Origin: a virus
Lineage: Duplodnaviria; Caudoviricetes
IMG/VR virus record: IMGVR_UViG_3300025011_000016
Direction: 5' to 3' (one strand)
DNA: 64,000 nucleotides
In this document: one piece after another, positions 19,295 through 29,242 of the stretch
Numbering within the stretch: the stretch's first letter is position 1
Layout of the letters: each line of letters begins with the position of its first letter
Program-made: the position numbers and the translations under genes
Notes under the pieces: model-generated
The model's input: the letters and a program-made list of their open reading frames with translations, nothing else
Told to the model about the DNA's origin: nothing
The model's database searches: none

Positions 19295-20131
19295 ATGGAT
19301 GATTTAGTTATAAGTAGAATAGTTTGTGATCAGAAGCTTACTAGAAAGAGGTACGCATGGTGGTATTATCTTATTAAAGATAATACCATTTCATTAGGAC
19401 CATTGAAAGAAGAAATGCCGTCATTAGATTCTTTATTGTTTTCATTAATAGTGGATAAAGAATTCATCAGAAACTATCTAACTAATAGATTTGAAATGGA
19501 AAGTATGTATATGGAAGCTTATGCAATAGTTGCTGGTGGGTTTAAGCATTACTGTATAAAGAATACTACTAATAAGAGTAGTATAAAAACGGAGGTTATA
19601 TTAAGTGAAAGAGATAATAGTTTTGTAAATGATATTACTAATTTACCTATAGAGTATTTAATACTTATATTAATGAATGAGCATCCAAAATTATTTATTC
19701 AAACTTCATATAAGAATATACCTTATATAAAAATAAAATTACCTACTGAGAGTAAGACTGGATCTTGGAATGAAGAAAATCGGGTTCTTAATGAGAGCTT
19801 TAATAACATGAATGTAGATAAGAAATTTAGATATTTCATATTTAAATACTTTGGGGGTTTGGCTAAAGGGAATAACAAATTAAAAATATACCCATTTGGA
19901 CTTTCATATGATTGGTACAAACCCTTTAATACTGATAAGAGCTTCTATGAGTATCTGAAAAAGATATATGGTGGTAAGTTTAGGAAAATGTTTATTATGT
20001 TTTTTATTAATGGTTATGATATGAGTCCCCTCATAACAAATAAGGAGACTGGTCTTACTGAAAAGTTATCTAAATCAAAAATGAAAAGGATTCAAAATCT
20101 CTTTATAAAAAATAAGTGTAAATTCACTTAA
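19295..20131 (+). CDS. hypothetical protein
   Basis: 278-aa ORF with AGGAGG RBS. Confidence 0.7.
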   Translation: MDDLVISRIVCDQKLTRKRYAWWYYLIKDNTISLGPLKEEMPSLDSLLFSLIVDKEFIRNYLTNRFEMESMYMEAYAIVAGGFKHYCIKNTTNKSSIKTEVILSERDNSFVNDITNLPIEYLILILMNEHPKLFIQTSYKNIPYIKIKLPTESKTGSWNEENRVLNESFNNMNVDKKFRYFIFKYFGGLAKGNNKLKIYPFGLSYDWYKPFNTDKSFYEYLKKIYGGKFRKMFIMFFINGYDMSPLITNKETGLTEKLSKSKMKRIQNLFIKNKCKFT

Positions 20132-20230
20132 TTAAATAAAATTCATATAACATATTAGTAAGTATATTTGAGAATATTATAATTAGTTCAATAAGATTAT
20201 AATATTCTCTTAATTAGATAAAATTTATAT

Positions 20231-20242
20231 AACATAATAGTA
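20231..20242 (+). promoter_or_regulatory. AACA-N6-TA late-promoter-like motif
   Basis: AACA taatag TA just upstream of the GC-rich structured element. Confidence 0.35.
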
Positions 20243-20536
20243 ATTAAAATTCGCGTAGGGCTGGTCATTGACATTTAAGCCCCCTCCCAATATAGTAGAT
20301 AAGAGATAAAGAATATTTTTATATTTTTTATTCAAATCTGCCGTATTGGGAGGGGCGAAATCGTCGAGATATGAAAACTATGGGATTAAGATAATATGGT
20401 ATAAAGGGAGAGTAGGAAGGGAGAAACGGGAGGATAAAAAGGGGATGACCAGAGGGAAGACTAAAGCAAATTATAAAGATAAGAATATATACTAATATAC
20501 ATTCAATAGATGTGTATATTAGTATATATTTTTTTT
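20242..20536. other. GC-rich structured non-coding element (ncRNA or cis-acting DNA site)
   Basis: Nested inverted repeats ctggtcat 20261-68/atgaccag 20445-52 and cccctcccaata 20281-92/tattgggagggg 20344-55; no ORF. Confidence 0.45.
20484..20536 (+). terminator. hairpin with T-run
   Basis: 18-bp perfect arms 20484-20501/20513-20530 followed by T6. Confidence 0.6.
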
Positions 20537-20790
20537 AATGTCTTATATAAGTTCTAATATCTATTAGTACTATATAGTAAGAATATATAATTATATCTAT
20601 TAAAACTACTATGTAATACTCTATGATGCTATAATTGCATACATATCTTTGAATATGTCTATGGTATATACCCAATACATACTATTCTAATTAACTAACT
20701 AATAAACTATATATAATTAACTACTATAAATCAAATATATTTTCATATAAAATACCTATAAGTTCTAATAAAGAAAGAGGGTAATTAATA

Positions 20791-21093
20791 ATGGATCTAA
20801 GTAATATTAGTTATGGTAATGTACTCAATGTTACTAAAAATGGTATTGTAGATGATTATACAACTAAATTCTTTAATAAACACTACAGTATTATACTCTA
20901 TACTACTATTAGTGGTAGAATAACTTATGGTAGAATAATACGTACTCTAGAAGAATTAGATGATGAGTATATTAAAAATTATTGTAGACAATATTATATG
21001 AATCCTAGAAGATTAAAATATAATAATTATTGTAGTTTACAACAATTATTATTTATAAAAACACCTACTATATTTTATAAAAAAATCAGATAA
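20791..21093 (+). CDS. hypothetical protein
   Basis: GAGGG RBS; extremely AT-rich. Confidence 0.5.
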   Translation: MDLSNISYGNVLNVTKNGIVDDYTTKFFNKHYSIILYTTISGRITYGRIIRTLEELDDEYIKNYCRQYYMNPRRLKYNNYCSLQQLLFIKTPTIFYKKIR

Positions 21094-21112
21094 TTACATA
21101 TAGAAACTTAAA

Positions 21113-21122
21113 TATATATTAT
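21113..21122 (+). promoter_or_regulatory. Putative early promoter motif TATATATTAT
   Basis: Exact 10-mer upstream of 21158. Confidence 0.55.
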
Positions 21123-21157
21123 TAATTAGTAAATACATATAAAAATAATTAGGAGGA

Positions 21158-21415
21158 TTGATTAAAATGGATGTTAAAAAATTGATGGAAGAATATGCTT
21201 ATGAAAAATCAGTTAATCAAAAATTAGATGTTATCAAAGATGAAGTCATATCTCTATTATTATCAAAACAAATTATAACTAAACCTGGAAGTGATATTGA
21301 TAGAACTCCTATTACCATTAAACAAGCTAAACATATTCTTTCAATGATTGAAATTGAAATTGATAGGGGTAGTGTATCTCAACCATTGAATATAGTATTG
21401 TCTAAGAAAAAATAA
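21158..21415 (+). CDS. hypothetical protein, member of local EI..LL.SKQ..PIT family
   Basis: DEVISLLLSKQ...PITIKQAKHIL resembles repeats in 22107..23240. Confidence 0.65.
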   Translation: MIKMDVKKLMEEYAYEKSVNQKLDVIKDEVISLLLSKQIITKPGSDIDRTPITIKQAKHILSMIEIEIDRGSVSQPLNIVLSKKK

Positions 21416-21432
21416 TTAGGAGGTTATTAAAA

Positions 21433-22105
21433 ATGAAAACTGATTTAGAGATGGTTTTAAAAAATCCTATTAATATTCAAAAAGTTAAGAAACCAAGTAA
21501 GGAGTTACAGATACTTGCTGTATCGAAAAGAGGGTATGTTATAAAGTATATCAAGAATCCTGATATTGATGTACAGTTGGAGGCGGTTAAACAAGATGGA
21601 GAAGCCATTATGTTTATTAAAAATCCTATTAAGGAATGCAGTTAAACAAAAAGGTCACTCTATTAAATATATTGATGATCCTGATAATGATGTTCAACTG
21701 GCGGCTGTGTATAGAAATGGTTATTCTATTGCACATATCAAAAATCCTAGTAAGATTATTCAAATAATTGCTGTGAAAGATGAGCCTTCATCTATTAGAT
21801 ATATTGATAATCCTTTGAAGGAAGTTGTTCTTCGTGCAGTAATGTATGATTGGAAAAGTATTGAATATGTTAAAGAACCGTATAAAAATGATATTGAGGT
21901 TCAACTAGCTGCACTTAAAGAAAACATTAATGCTATGGCATTCATTGATGAGTTACAACCAGAGGCTATAGCGTATGTACGGGATAGATGTAAAGCATCA
22001 ATATTCCCTGAATACTTTGAGTACGATGAAGATGATTATTGTGATGATGATGATGAATGTGATGATGATGAATTTAATATTATTAAATCAGAGGAGGAAA
22101 ACTAA
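21433..22105 (+). pseudogene. DUF4116-like repeat gene with frameshift near 21636, acidic C-terminal tail
   Basis: NPIKE then AVKQKGHSIKYI in the next frame; the usual VQLx codons are missing (about 11-nt deletion). Confidence 0.65.
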
Positions 22106-22106
22106 A

Positions 22107-23240
22107 GTGGATCATTCGACTAAAGTATGTAAGGTAACAGAATGTGATAAGAATCAACATGAAGTTATTATTAGAAATGAAATTCTATCGTTGTTAACTT
22201 CAAAACAGTTTCCTAGTGAATTTAATGGGGAAAGTCTTGAACCTATTACTGTAGGTAGGATCAAGAAGATCCTTAAAGAAACTATTGATCATATTGAACT
22301 CTGTGGAGATTTCCAATCTTTGGGGGCTTTAATGGGCGAGACTAACGACGTTGTATATTACTATTATATAGCATATATCATCAACGAATCCGGTAAGGAC
22401 AGAATTCATAGGATGTTATTTTCTCATACTGAAGAATTTTCATCAGATGAATTAAGTGCAAAGGTGGATGGGCTTTTGTCAGTTATGTGGGCATATTTTT
22501 GCGTAACTGATCTTGGGTGTGTAATCCATACTCAGGCAGGTACAAAATTCATTCGGGAGAAGATGGAGTCCGGGTATAATTTTAAATTTATTGATTCAGT
22601 GGGAAGTCGGTCGGATGTTTGCATCCGGTATTGTTCTGGAAAGAGAGAGGTTAATAAAATGGGTATAAATGAAGTTCATCCGGTTAATACATTGAATAAT
22701 GTAGAGAGTGAAATTATCAATGAAATAATAACTCTGTTATTAACAAAAGAATTACCAACGAGTCAATATGGCACTGTCAATAAGCCTATCACTGTAAAGC
22801 AGTTAAAGGACATCCTTAAATCAACTATTGAAACGGTTGAGATTCTTGAAAATTCTCGACTGGCTTCAAGTCTATTTGGAAAAATCGATCTGGAGGTTGC
22901 CTCGGATACTAAATCTAATGATGTTAATTTATATTATTACTACGTGGACTTTATTAGTCCCAACTCAATGGGAATTGTACCTACAAGACTCGGATTTTCC
23001 CACACCATAAGATTTAGTAAAGATTTGATGGTTCAAAAAATTCATGATATTATGACAAGAGCAACGATAACTTTTAATATACGCAATCTCAATTTATGGG
23101 CGAAACATATTACTGGTGAAATGATATCATTACATGGTTTCGCATTAATGACTCCTGTTGAATGTAAATATAAATTTACTCGTGGTGTTACATTAAGTTT
23201 AAATGATACACATTACGAATTGATTGGAATGGAGAGATGA
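22107..23240 (+). CDS. hypothetical protein with two tandem homologous domains
   Basis: GTG 22107 after GAGGAGG RBS; duplicated NEI..LL..K..P...PITV..IK.IL...YYYY..FSHT. Confidence 0.7.
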   Translation: MDHSTKVCKVTECDKNQHEVIIRNEILSLLTSKQFPSEFNGESLEPITVGRIKKILKETIDHIELCGDFQSLGALMGETNDVVYYYYIAYIINESGKDRIHRMLFSHTEEFSSDELSAKVDGLLSVMWAYFCVTDLGCVIHTQAGTKFIREKMESGYNFKFIDSVGSRSDVCIRYCSGKREVNKMGINEVHPVNTLNNVESEIINEIITLLLTKELPTSQYGTVNKPITVKQLKDILKSTIETVEILENSRLASSLFGKIDLEVASDTKSNDVNLYYYYVDFISPNSMGIVPTRLGFSHTIRFSKDLMVQKIHDIMTRATITFNIRNLNLWAKHITGEMISLHGFALMTPVECKYKFTRGVTLSLNDTHYELIGMER

Positions 23241-23244
23241 ATTA

Positions 23245-23538
23245 ATGGAAAATTCTGTTTTAGGATTAGTTCAACGCGACTCAAGTAATATCAAAATGAT
23301 TGAGAATCCAAGTGAAGAGTTACAGTTAGTTGCCGTTAGAGATAATGGATATTCTATTAGATTTATTAAGAATCCAAGCCTTAAAGTTCAAATGGCTGCT
23401 GTCGAAGAGGATTGTTTCGCTATACAATATATCAACAATCCTGCTATAGTAGTACAAGCGTTGGCACTACGTTCCGACCCTCGGGTTATTAGTTTTATCA
23501 AAGGTGTAGATCCAGAACTTATGAGTTGTATCAAATAA
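23245..23538 (+). CDS. DUF4116-like repeat protein (short)
   Basis: NPSEELQLVAV, NPSLKVQMAAV, NPAIVVQALAL. Confidence 0.7.
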   Translation: MENSVLGLVQRDSSNIKMIENPSEELQLVAVRDNGYSIRFIKNPSLKVQMAAVEEDCFAIQYINNPAIVVQALALRSDPRVISFIKGVDPELMSCIK

Positions 23539-23556
23539 CTTATCATTAATACTTAG

Positions 23557-23592
23557 AATAAAGAAGTTATTAATAACTTCTTTATTTTTTTT
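23557..23592 (+). terminator. intrinsic terminator
   Basis: Perfect 30-bp palindrome plus T-run. Confidence 0.75.
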
Positions 23593-23595
23593 AAA

Positions 23596-23605
23596 TATAT
23601 ATTAT
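23596..23605 (+). promoter_or_regulatory. Putative early promoter motif TATATATTAT
   Basis: Exact 10-mer directly after a terminator. Confidence 0.55.
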
Positions 23606-23645
23606 ATACATAGTTAAAATAAAAAGAGGGTGGTGTGAATAACAA

Positions 23646-23854
23646 ATGAATAAGTCGTGTATTGTAGTAGAGATTCTGAAACTACTGGCATCTAAATAGT
23701 TACCAAGTTCAGTACCTAGTATTGAAAATCCCCTGTAAGTATTAAAGATGTAATGGGATATATTGAATGACATACTTAATACCATAGATATTTTTGATGA
23801 ATCTTTATATGTAAGAAATTTAATGAATCTTGTGGATTCAATAATGAAAGCTAA
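23646..23854 (+). pseudogene. decayed copy of the 21158/22107 domain family
   Basis: IVVEILKLLASK*LPS then ILNDILNTIDIFDES in another frame; TAG 23697 where paralogues have Q/E. Confidence 0.45.
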
Positions 23855-23877
23855 AATGAATCATTAAAAGGAGGAAT

Positions 23878-24177
23878 TTGTTAATGAGTGAAAAATATTC
23901 GTTTATACCAGATGGAGGTAAAATACCTTTCAATGGAGTTAAAGTAAATACCATGTTTCTTTCATCCACTAATGACTTATGTTTAAAACATAGTAATGTT
24001 AAGATTTCTAATATAACTAAATGTAAATTAATTGAAAGTAATTTCACTGGTACTCTTATTGATCCCGATGAGTTAGTTCAACCTATGATTAGGAAAGAAC
24101 AATCTAGTGCTCCAACATCATCAATAAATACTGATATATGTTATGCTTTATCAGAAATGGCTCTAAATATGAAATAA
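23878..24177 (+). CDS. hypothetical protein
   Basis: AGGAGG RBS. Confidence 0.55.
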   Translation: MLMSEKYSFIPDGGKIPFNGVKVNTMFLSSTNDLCLKHSNVKISNITKCKLIESNFTGTLIDPDELVQPMIRKEQSSAPTSSINTDICYALSEMALNMK

Positions 24178-24312
24178 TTACATACGGTACATTAATGTAA
24201 TTATGATCAATTTATTAATAAAAATAAATTGGTCATAATTAATAATATACTATGGAAACTAGATCATTGGGTTTATTTCTTATAATATACAATTAAGAGA
24301 GGAAGATTAAAA

Positions 24313-24828
24313 ATGATTCTATGTATTAATGGATTGAGATCAAGTAAACTATTTGGAGAAGATTATAATCAAAGGGAGTATATTAATATTATAGGAGATA
24401 TTGTATTACATTTAGTTAATAACCCTAAGATCGAAGAAGTAATAATTGGTATGAGAACTGGTATAGATTTACTAGTAGGATTAGCAGTAATAAAATTTAA
24501 TAAAGATTTTGGTAAAAGAATACAACTACAATGTGTAATACCATGCAGTAATCAAACTCAATACTATCATGAAGATGAAATTAAAATCTATAATGAAATA
24601 CTTGAATCTGCAGATACTGTAGTAATAATGACACATAAGTTGTGTGATCCTAATGTACTAAAGAAATGTAATAGATTCATAATTGATAATTCAGATGAGT
24701 TATTATCTTATTGGGATGGACAAAAATTTAAATCCAATTCATTCGATATGATACGCTATGCTGTTAGTACTTGTACATTAGTTAATATTATTAATCCATT
24801 CAATCTAAATATGAGATATGAATATTAA
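24313..24828 (+). CDS. YspA/SLOG-family (DUF1273-like) protein
   Basis: IIGMRTGIDL, CVIPCSNQ, ILESAD, NRFIIDNSDELLSYWDG. Confidence 0.7.
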   Translation: MILCINGLRSSKLFGEDYNQREYINIIGDIVLHLVNNPKIEEVIIGMRTGIDLLVGLAVIKFNKDFGKRIQLQCVIPCSNQTQYYHEDEIKIYNEILESADTVVIMTHKLCDPNVLKKCNRFIIDNSDELLSYWDGQKFKSNSFDMIRYAVSTCTLVNIINPFNLNMRYEY

Positions 24829-24851
24829 AAGGAAAGTAGGTTATTATAATT

Positions 24852-25079
24852 ATGAATACAAATTTGGTTATATGTATAATATCATTAATAATAATCATAA
24901 TATCTGGCATAGGTTATGAGAGAAGAATACGATTATTATTATTCGAAAGATTCAAATATAAAACTAAGATTGAATTATATAAGAGATTATGTGAGTATAA
25001 TAATATACTAACTCCAAAAATTGATAAGATTGAATTTGTAAGTAAAGGTAAAAAGTTTTATGCATTTCAAAAAGAATAG
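24852..25079 (+). CDS. small membrane-anchored protein
   Basis: N-terminal hydrophobic helix. Confidence 0.55.
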   Translation: MNTNLVICIISLIIIIISGIGYERRIRLLLFERFKYKTKIELYKRLCEYNNILTPKIDKIEFVSKGKKFYAFQKE

Positions 25080-25146
25080 GTGTAATTTATACACCTATTC
25101 TTTTTTACTTTATGTTAAATAATAATATAAGGAGGGATTTAGAAAT

Positions 25147-25656
25147 ATGAAATTATATATATTATATAATAACAAGGACAAAGTATTAATAGCTATATCT
25201 GAGATTAAAGAATATCTATATAGGTATATAATCCAAAATAATTATTCTGATTCATATAAGGTTATTAAGATAGTTGATAATAAGACTATCGATAAATATT
25301 TATTATTATATGATAATTTATATCTGGATGAAATTGAAGGTATAATATTAACTCTAGATGAAAGGAGAATAATATATTCAGAGATTAATCAATGTGAAGC
25401 ATTAGTAGAAGATACTATATTAAATTTATCATCTATATTAAATGAGTTTAATCTTAATGATAAAGAGTACAAACATATTCAAAAAACTATAAAAATATTA
25501 TCCAATAATATTAAACCTAAGAAAATGAATATATTTTTTAATATCAAAGAGTGTATTGTCAGACTATTCATTATGAAACGTGATAATGTCACAGATATAT
25601 TTAAAGAACACAACGAACTGAGAGATAAATATCTTATTAAGATTAATTTAAAGTAA
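25147..25656 (+). CDS. hypothetical protein (paralogue of 29488 and 30008)
   Basis: AAGGAGG RBS; shared N-terminal and helical pattern. Confidence 0.7.
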   Translation: MKLYILYNNKDKVLIAISEIKEYLYRYIIQNNYSDSYKVIKIVDNKTIDKYLLLYDNLYLDEIEGIILTLDERRIIYSEINQCEALVEDTILNLSSILNEFNLNDKEYKHIQKTIKILSNNIKPKKMNIFFNIKECIVRLFIMKRDNVTDIFKEHNELRDKYLIKINLK

Positions 25657-25673
25657 AAGAGAGGAAGTTTATT

Positions 25674-26414
25674 ATGTTAAAGAGAAAAGGTTTTCTTATT
25701 GTGTTTGAAGCAACAGATTCATGTGGTAAAGAAACACAAGCTAAAGAATTATATCATAGATTACTATCAGAAGGGAAAGAAGTTAGAATGATTTCTTTCC
25801 CTAGATATGATAAAGATTCATCAGATTTAGTAAAAATGTATTTAAAGGGAGATTTTGGTGATAGAGCAAAAGATGTAAATCCTCGTACGGCATCAAGATG
25901 TTACGCTATTGATAGATATGAATCATATAAGGAAGACTGGGAAGAATTTTATCTAAACGGTGGTATACTTATCATGGATAGATATACACAATCTAATATG
26001 ATTCATCAAGGTGGAACTATTAAGGATTTGAAAGAAAGAAATGAATTTATAGATTGGGTATGGAATCTTGAGTATACAGTGTATGGTCTACCAATACCAG
26101 ACCTTATCTTTTTTTTAGATGTTCCGACGCAATACAGTCAAAAATTAATAGAATATAGAAAGAATAAAATTACAAATGAAAATGAAAAAGATATTCTTGA
26201 GAAAGATATTAACCATTTACAAGACTCATATGATTGCGCTAGTAGTCTTGCATATAAATATAAATGGATAAGAATCAAATGTGTAAATACTAATCAACTA
26301 AGAAGTATACAAGATATTGCCAATGAGATATATTTCAAAGCTACATTTAAAATAGATAGTCAGAATCTCTACATTGATAAGATCAATGAAGTTTTAATTA
26401 GTAATAATAAATAA
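25674..26414 (+). CDS. tmk: thymidylate (dTMP) kinase
   Basis: IVFEATDSCGKETQ P-loop variant, FPRY, IMDRY, PDLIFFLDVP. Confidence 0.9.
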   Translation: MLKRKGFLIVFEATDSCGKETQAKELYHRLLSEGKEVRMISFPRYDKDSSDLVKMYLKGDFGDRAKDVNPRTASRCYAIDRYESYKEDWEEFYLNGGILIMDRYTQSNMIHQGGTIKDLKERNEFIDWVWNLEYTVYGLPIPDLIFFLDVPTQYSQKLIEYRKNKITNENEKDILEKDINHLQDSYDCASSLAYKYKWIRIKCVNTNQLRSIQDIANEIYFKATFKIDSQNLYIDKINEVLISNNK

Positions 26415-26467
26415 TTACATTTTATTTTTATATAAACTTAATCTTAATATAAAGAGGAGGAAAAATA

Positions 26468-27700
26468 ATGAAGATTAAATTATTTTATCATGGTTTAGAT
26501 CTAGATGGTAATTCAAGTAGAGTTGTAATACATTTTATCTATGATACAGACAAAGAGATTGATGAATCCCCAGAGGATTATCATACAATTGATAGTTCAC
26601 TAACTAAATTTATTACAGATAAGGAGTATTTGAAGTATGATGAAGTATTCATAGTTGACATCAATATTAATTTAGAAACTGCTAAATTAATCCAAGATGT
26701 AATGGGTAATCCATTTAATAAGTGTGTATTTAGATATATCGATCATCATGATAAATTTATGAATGAATTAAATGCATATGATTGGGCTACTGTAAAGGTT
26801 GTTGACGGATTTGGTATTAAAATATCAGCAACTAAATTATTATACACTATGTTTTCCCCTTATATAAGTGGAGTATATCGTGATGAATTAACTAAATTTG
26901 TTAATTTGGTAAGTTTATATGATACTTATGACTGGAAGTTAATGAAGATACAAGAAGCTCAAGATCTGCATATACTAATGTCGTTATATGGTAAAGATAA
27001 CTTTGTTAATCAAGTGATACAAAAGATATTAAATACTCCATCTAATTCAGACCCATATAATTTTTCAGATACTGATAAAATTCTTTTAAGTATGGAAAAG
27101 AACAGAATTAAATTATATATGGATGAGAAAATGGAACAGGTTAAAATATATAATATATTTGATCAATCTATTGGTATTGTGTTTGTTGAAGCACGACAAT
27201 ATTGTAGTGAGTTAGGTCAATTAATATGTAACCAATTAAATTGTGATATTGCTCTTATGATTGATATAGCTAAAAGAGAAGTTAGTTTACGCTCAGTTAA
27301 AAATGATTTTCATTTAGGTAAATGGGTTAATGAATTTTTTGGTGGTGGTGGTCATCCTAAAGCTGCGGGTTATCAAATTAATAATGATTTATACGAGTTT
27401 ATTATACATCAAATATTATTTGAACCAAAAAATAGTTTCATGCCAATAACTGAATTACAAGAATTGGGCCTACTATATGAAGTAAATAGAACATTTTTCC
27501 ATCCTTTGGGTTTAGCATTAACTATCATTACTGGAGAAAATACTGATTATTTAGTTGGTATTAGGGACGATAGAAATGATCCTGAGGGAATTATATTCGG
27601 TAGATTTGATTTAGATAAAATTAGTAAAGCTCAACAATTTATATCTGAAAGACACGCTATGAGGAAATCAACATTAGGGTATATAATTCAGGATAGATAA
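26468..27700 (+). CDS. DHH/DHHA1 phosphoesterase with extra C-terminal domain
   Basis: [32 protein letters not shown]. Confidence 0.85.
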   Translation: MKIKLFYHGLDLDGNSSRVVIHFIYDTDKEIDESPEDYHTIDSSLTKFITDKEYLKYDEVFIVDININLETAKLIQDVMGNPFNKCVFRYIDHHDKFMNELNAYDWATVKVVDGFGIKISATKLLYTMFSPYISGVYRDELTKFVNLVSLYDTYDWKLMKIQEAQDLHILMSLYGKDNFVNQVIQKILNTPSNSDPYNFSDTDKILLSMEKNRIKLYMDEKMEQVKIYNIFDQSIGIVFVEARQYCSELGQLICNQLNCDIALMIDIAKREVSLRSVKNDFHLGKWVNEFFGGGGHPKAAGYQINNDLYEFIIHQILFEPKNSFMPITELQELGLLYEVNRTFFHPLGLALTIITGENTDYLVGIRDDRNDPEGIIFGRFDLDKISKAQQFISERHAMRKSTLGYIIQDR

Positions 27701-27747
27701 TTACAGTTATTTTTTTCATAATTAAAATGTATTGGGAGGAATGTAAA

Positions 27748-28539
27748 ATGGGATCTGCAGACAAACAATATCTGGATATTGTTAGAAATATTCTGGATAA
27801 TGGTTATTATGATAATAATAGAACATCCACACCAACTTTTAAATTACCACATTGTCAATTTACTTTTGATCTTTCAAAAGAATTTCCTATTTTAACAACA
27901 AAATTTGTATCTTTTAAAACAGCAGTTAAAGAATTATTATGGATCTTTAAATATCAATCAAATGATGTAACGCTATTACAAAATCAAGATGTTCAAATTT
28001 GGAATGAGTGGGCGAGAGAAGATAATACTATAGGTAAAGCATATGGTTATCAAATTAAGAAGTTTGATCAGATAAATAAATTGATTAAACAGCTAAGGGA
28101 AAACCCTCAAGATAGGCGAATGATGATGTCATTATGGAATATTGAGGATTTACCAGATATGGCACTACAACCATGTTGTTTTTTAACTATGTGGGATGTA
28201 AGTGATGGTCATTTAAATTGTGCTATGATACAAAGATCTGGAGATATACCATTAGGCGTTCCTTTTAATATGACACAATATGCTGTTTTGGTACATTTAA
28301 TAGCTCAAGTCACAGGTTTGATGCCTGGACTATTTACTCATTTTATCAACAATGCTCATATATATGAGAATCAAGTTGAAGGTATGAGGTTACAATTAAA
28401 GAGAGCGGATTTAATATATGGCCAACCAACTCTAAAACTAAACAAAGATATTAAAGAATTTATAGATTTTACTATAGGTGATATAAATCTTGAAAATTAT
28501 ACATACCATGATAAAATTCATATGGATATATCTATTTAA
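27748..28539 (+). CDS. thyA: thymidylate synthase ThyA
   Basis: MALQPCC catalytic Cys, [20 protein letters not shown]; GGGAGG RBS supports ATG 27748. Confidence 0.95.
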   Translation: MGSADKQYLDIVRNILDNGYYDNNRTSTPTFKLPHCQFTFDLSKEFPILTTKFVSFKTAVKELLWIFKYQSNDVTLLQNQDVQIWNEWAREDNTIGKAYGYQIKKFDQINKLIKQLRENPQDRRMMMSLWNIEDLPDMALQPCCFLTMWDVSDGHLNCAMIQRSGDIPLGVPFNMTQYAVLVHLIAQVTGLMPGLFTHFINNAHIYENQVEGMRLQLKRADLIYGQPTLKLNKDIKEFIDFTIGDINLENYTYHDKIHMDISI

Positions 28540-28601
28540 AAAAATAATTAAATCTTATTTTGTATTAAACAATAATTTAAAATAAAGGAGGTTTTTACAA
28601 A

Positions 28602-29096
28602 ATGATGCAAACAATGACAATTGATCAATCAGTTTTAGGAGCAGTACTTGCTATCGTAATGTGGCTTCTGGCACAGTTCACATTATTCATGAACTCCAAA
28701 ACGACTGAGGCTAAACAAAAGAATAAATATTCATCATTGAATACTTATATCGATCTTGCATTAAAGACTGTAATGGATACAGTCAATGCAGTTAACCAAA
28801 CAGTCGTTTTGGATCTAAAGAATAAAAGTGCCGACGGGAAATTAACGGATGTAGAAAAACAAGAGATACTTGCCGATGCTGTTAACAGTGTTATGGAGGC
28901 ATTATCTGATGATGTAAAATCCGTATTATCCAAAGTATTTACTGATATTCCAACGTGGATTGAACTACAAATGGAGAATTATATTAATCAAAAGAAATCG
29001 GAATATCCGATTACAACGCCGATTTATGCGGCACCGTTAATCTCATCTGGGGTTATAACAACTAGTGTAAATTCGGATATTCCACCGAGTATTTAA
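28602..29096 (+). CDS. membrane protein, possible LL-H-like holin
   Basis: One N-terminal TM then helical AVNQTVV..LK..DGKLT. Confidence 0.45.
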   Translation: MMQTMTIDQSVLGAVLAIVMWLLAQFTLFMNSKTTEAKQKNKYSSLNTYIDLALKTVMDTVNAVNQTVVLDLKNKSADGKLTDVEKQEILADAVNSVMEALSDDVKSVLSKVFTDIPTWIELQMENYINQKKSEYPITTPIYAAPLISSGVITTSVNSDIPPSI

Positions 29097-29126
29097 ACTT
29101 TCCTTTAAATTTAAGATAGATAGACT

Positions 29127-29170
29127 AAAGAATTAACAAGAAGAATAAAATCTTCTTGTTAATTCTTTTT
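29127..29170 (+). terminator. intrinsic terminator
   Basis: 18-bp inverted repeat plus T-run. Confidence 0.75.
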
Positions 29171-29197
29171 ATTATGATTTCTAATTCTATTAATGAA

Positions 29198-29207
29198 TAT
29201 ATATTAT
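29198..29207 (+). promoter_or_regulatory. Putative early promoter motif TATATATTAT
   Basis: Exact 10-mer after a terminator. Confidence 0.55.
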
Positions 29208-29242
29208 ATAATCAGTATAAATATGAAAGAAGGTTTTAAAGT

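Noticed and set aside
20405-20445. G-quadruplex from four G3+ runs
   Set aside because: Loops of about 6-10 nt make it weak; kept only as part of the structured-element finding
21975-22106. Met-rich N-terminal extension of the 421-aa ORF (MMMMNVMMM)
   Set aside because: Out-of-frame reading of the upstream gene's GAT-rich acidic tail; the RBS supports GTG 22107
331-23538. Diversity-generating retroelement behind the repeat family
   Set aside because: No reverse transcriptase and no near-identical template/variable repeat pair with adenine-specific differences seen in the window
17611-23699. Stop-codon reassignment suggested by in-frame TAA (17611) and TAG (23697)
   Set aside because: TAA, TAG and TGA all end well-conserved genes here (thyA TAA, DHH TAG, kinase TAA); isolated stops are better explained as decay or errors
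28568-28579. Late promoter before the LL-H-like gene
   Set aside because: AACA-N6-AA misses the TA; the motif is too common to accept a mismatch
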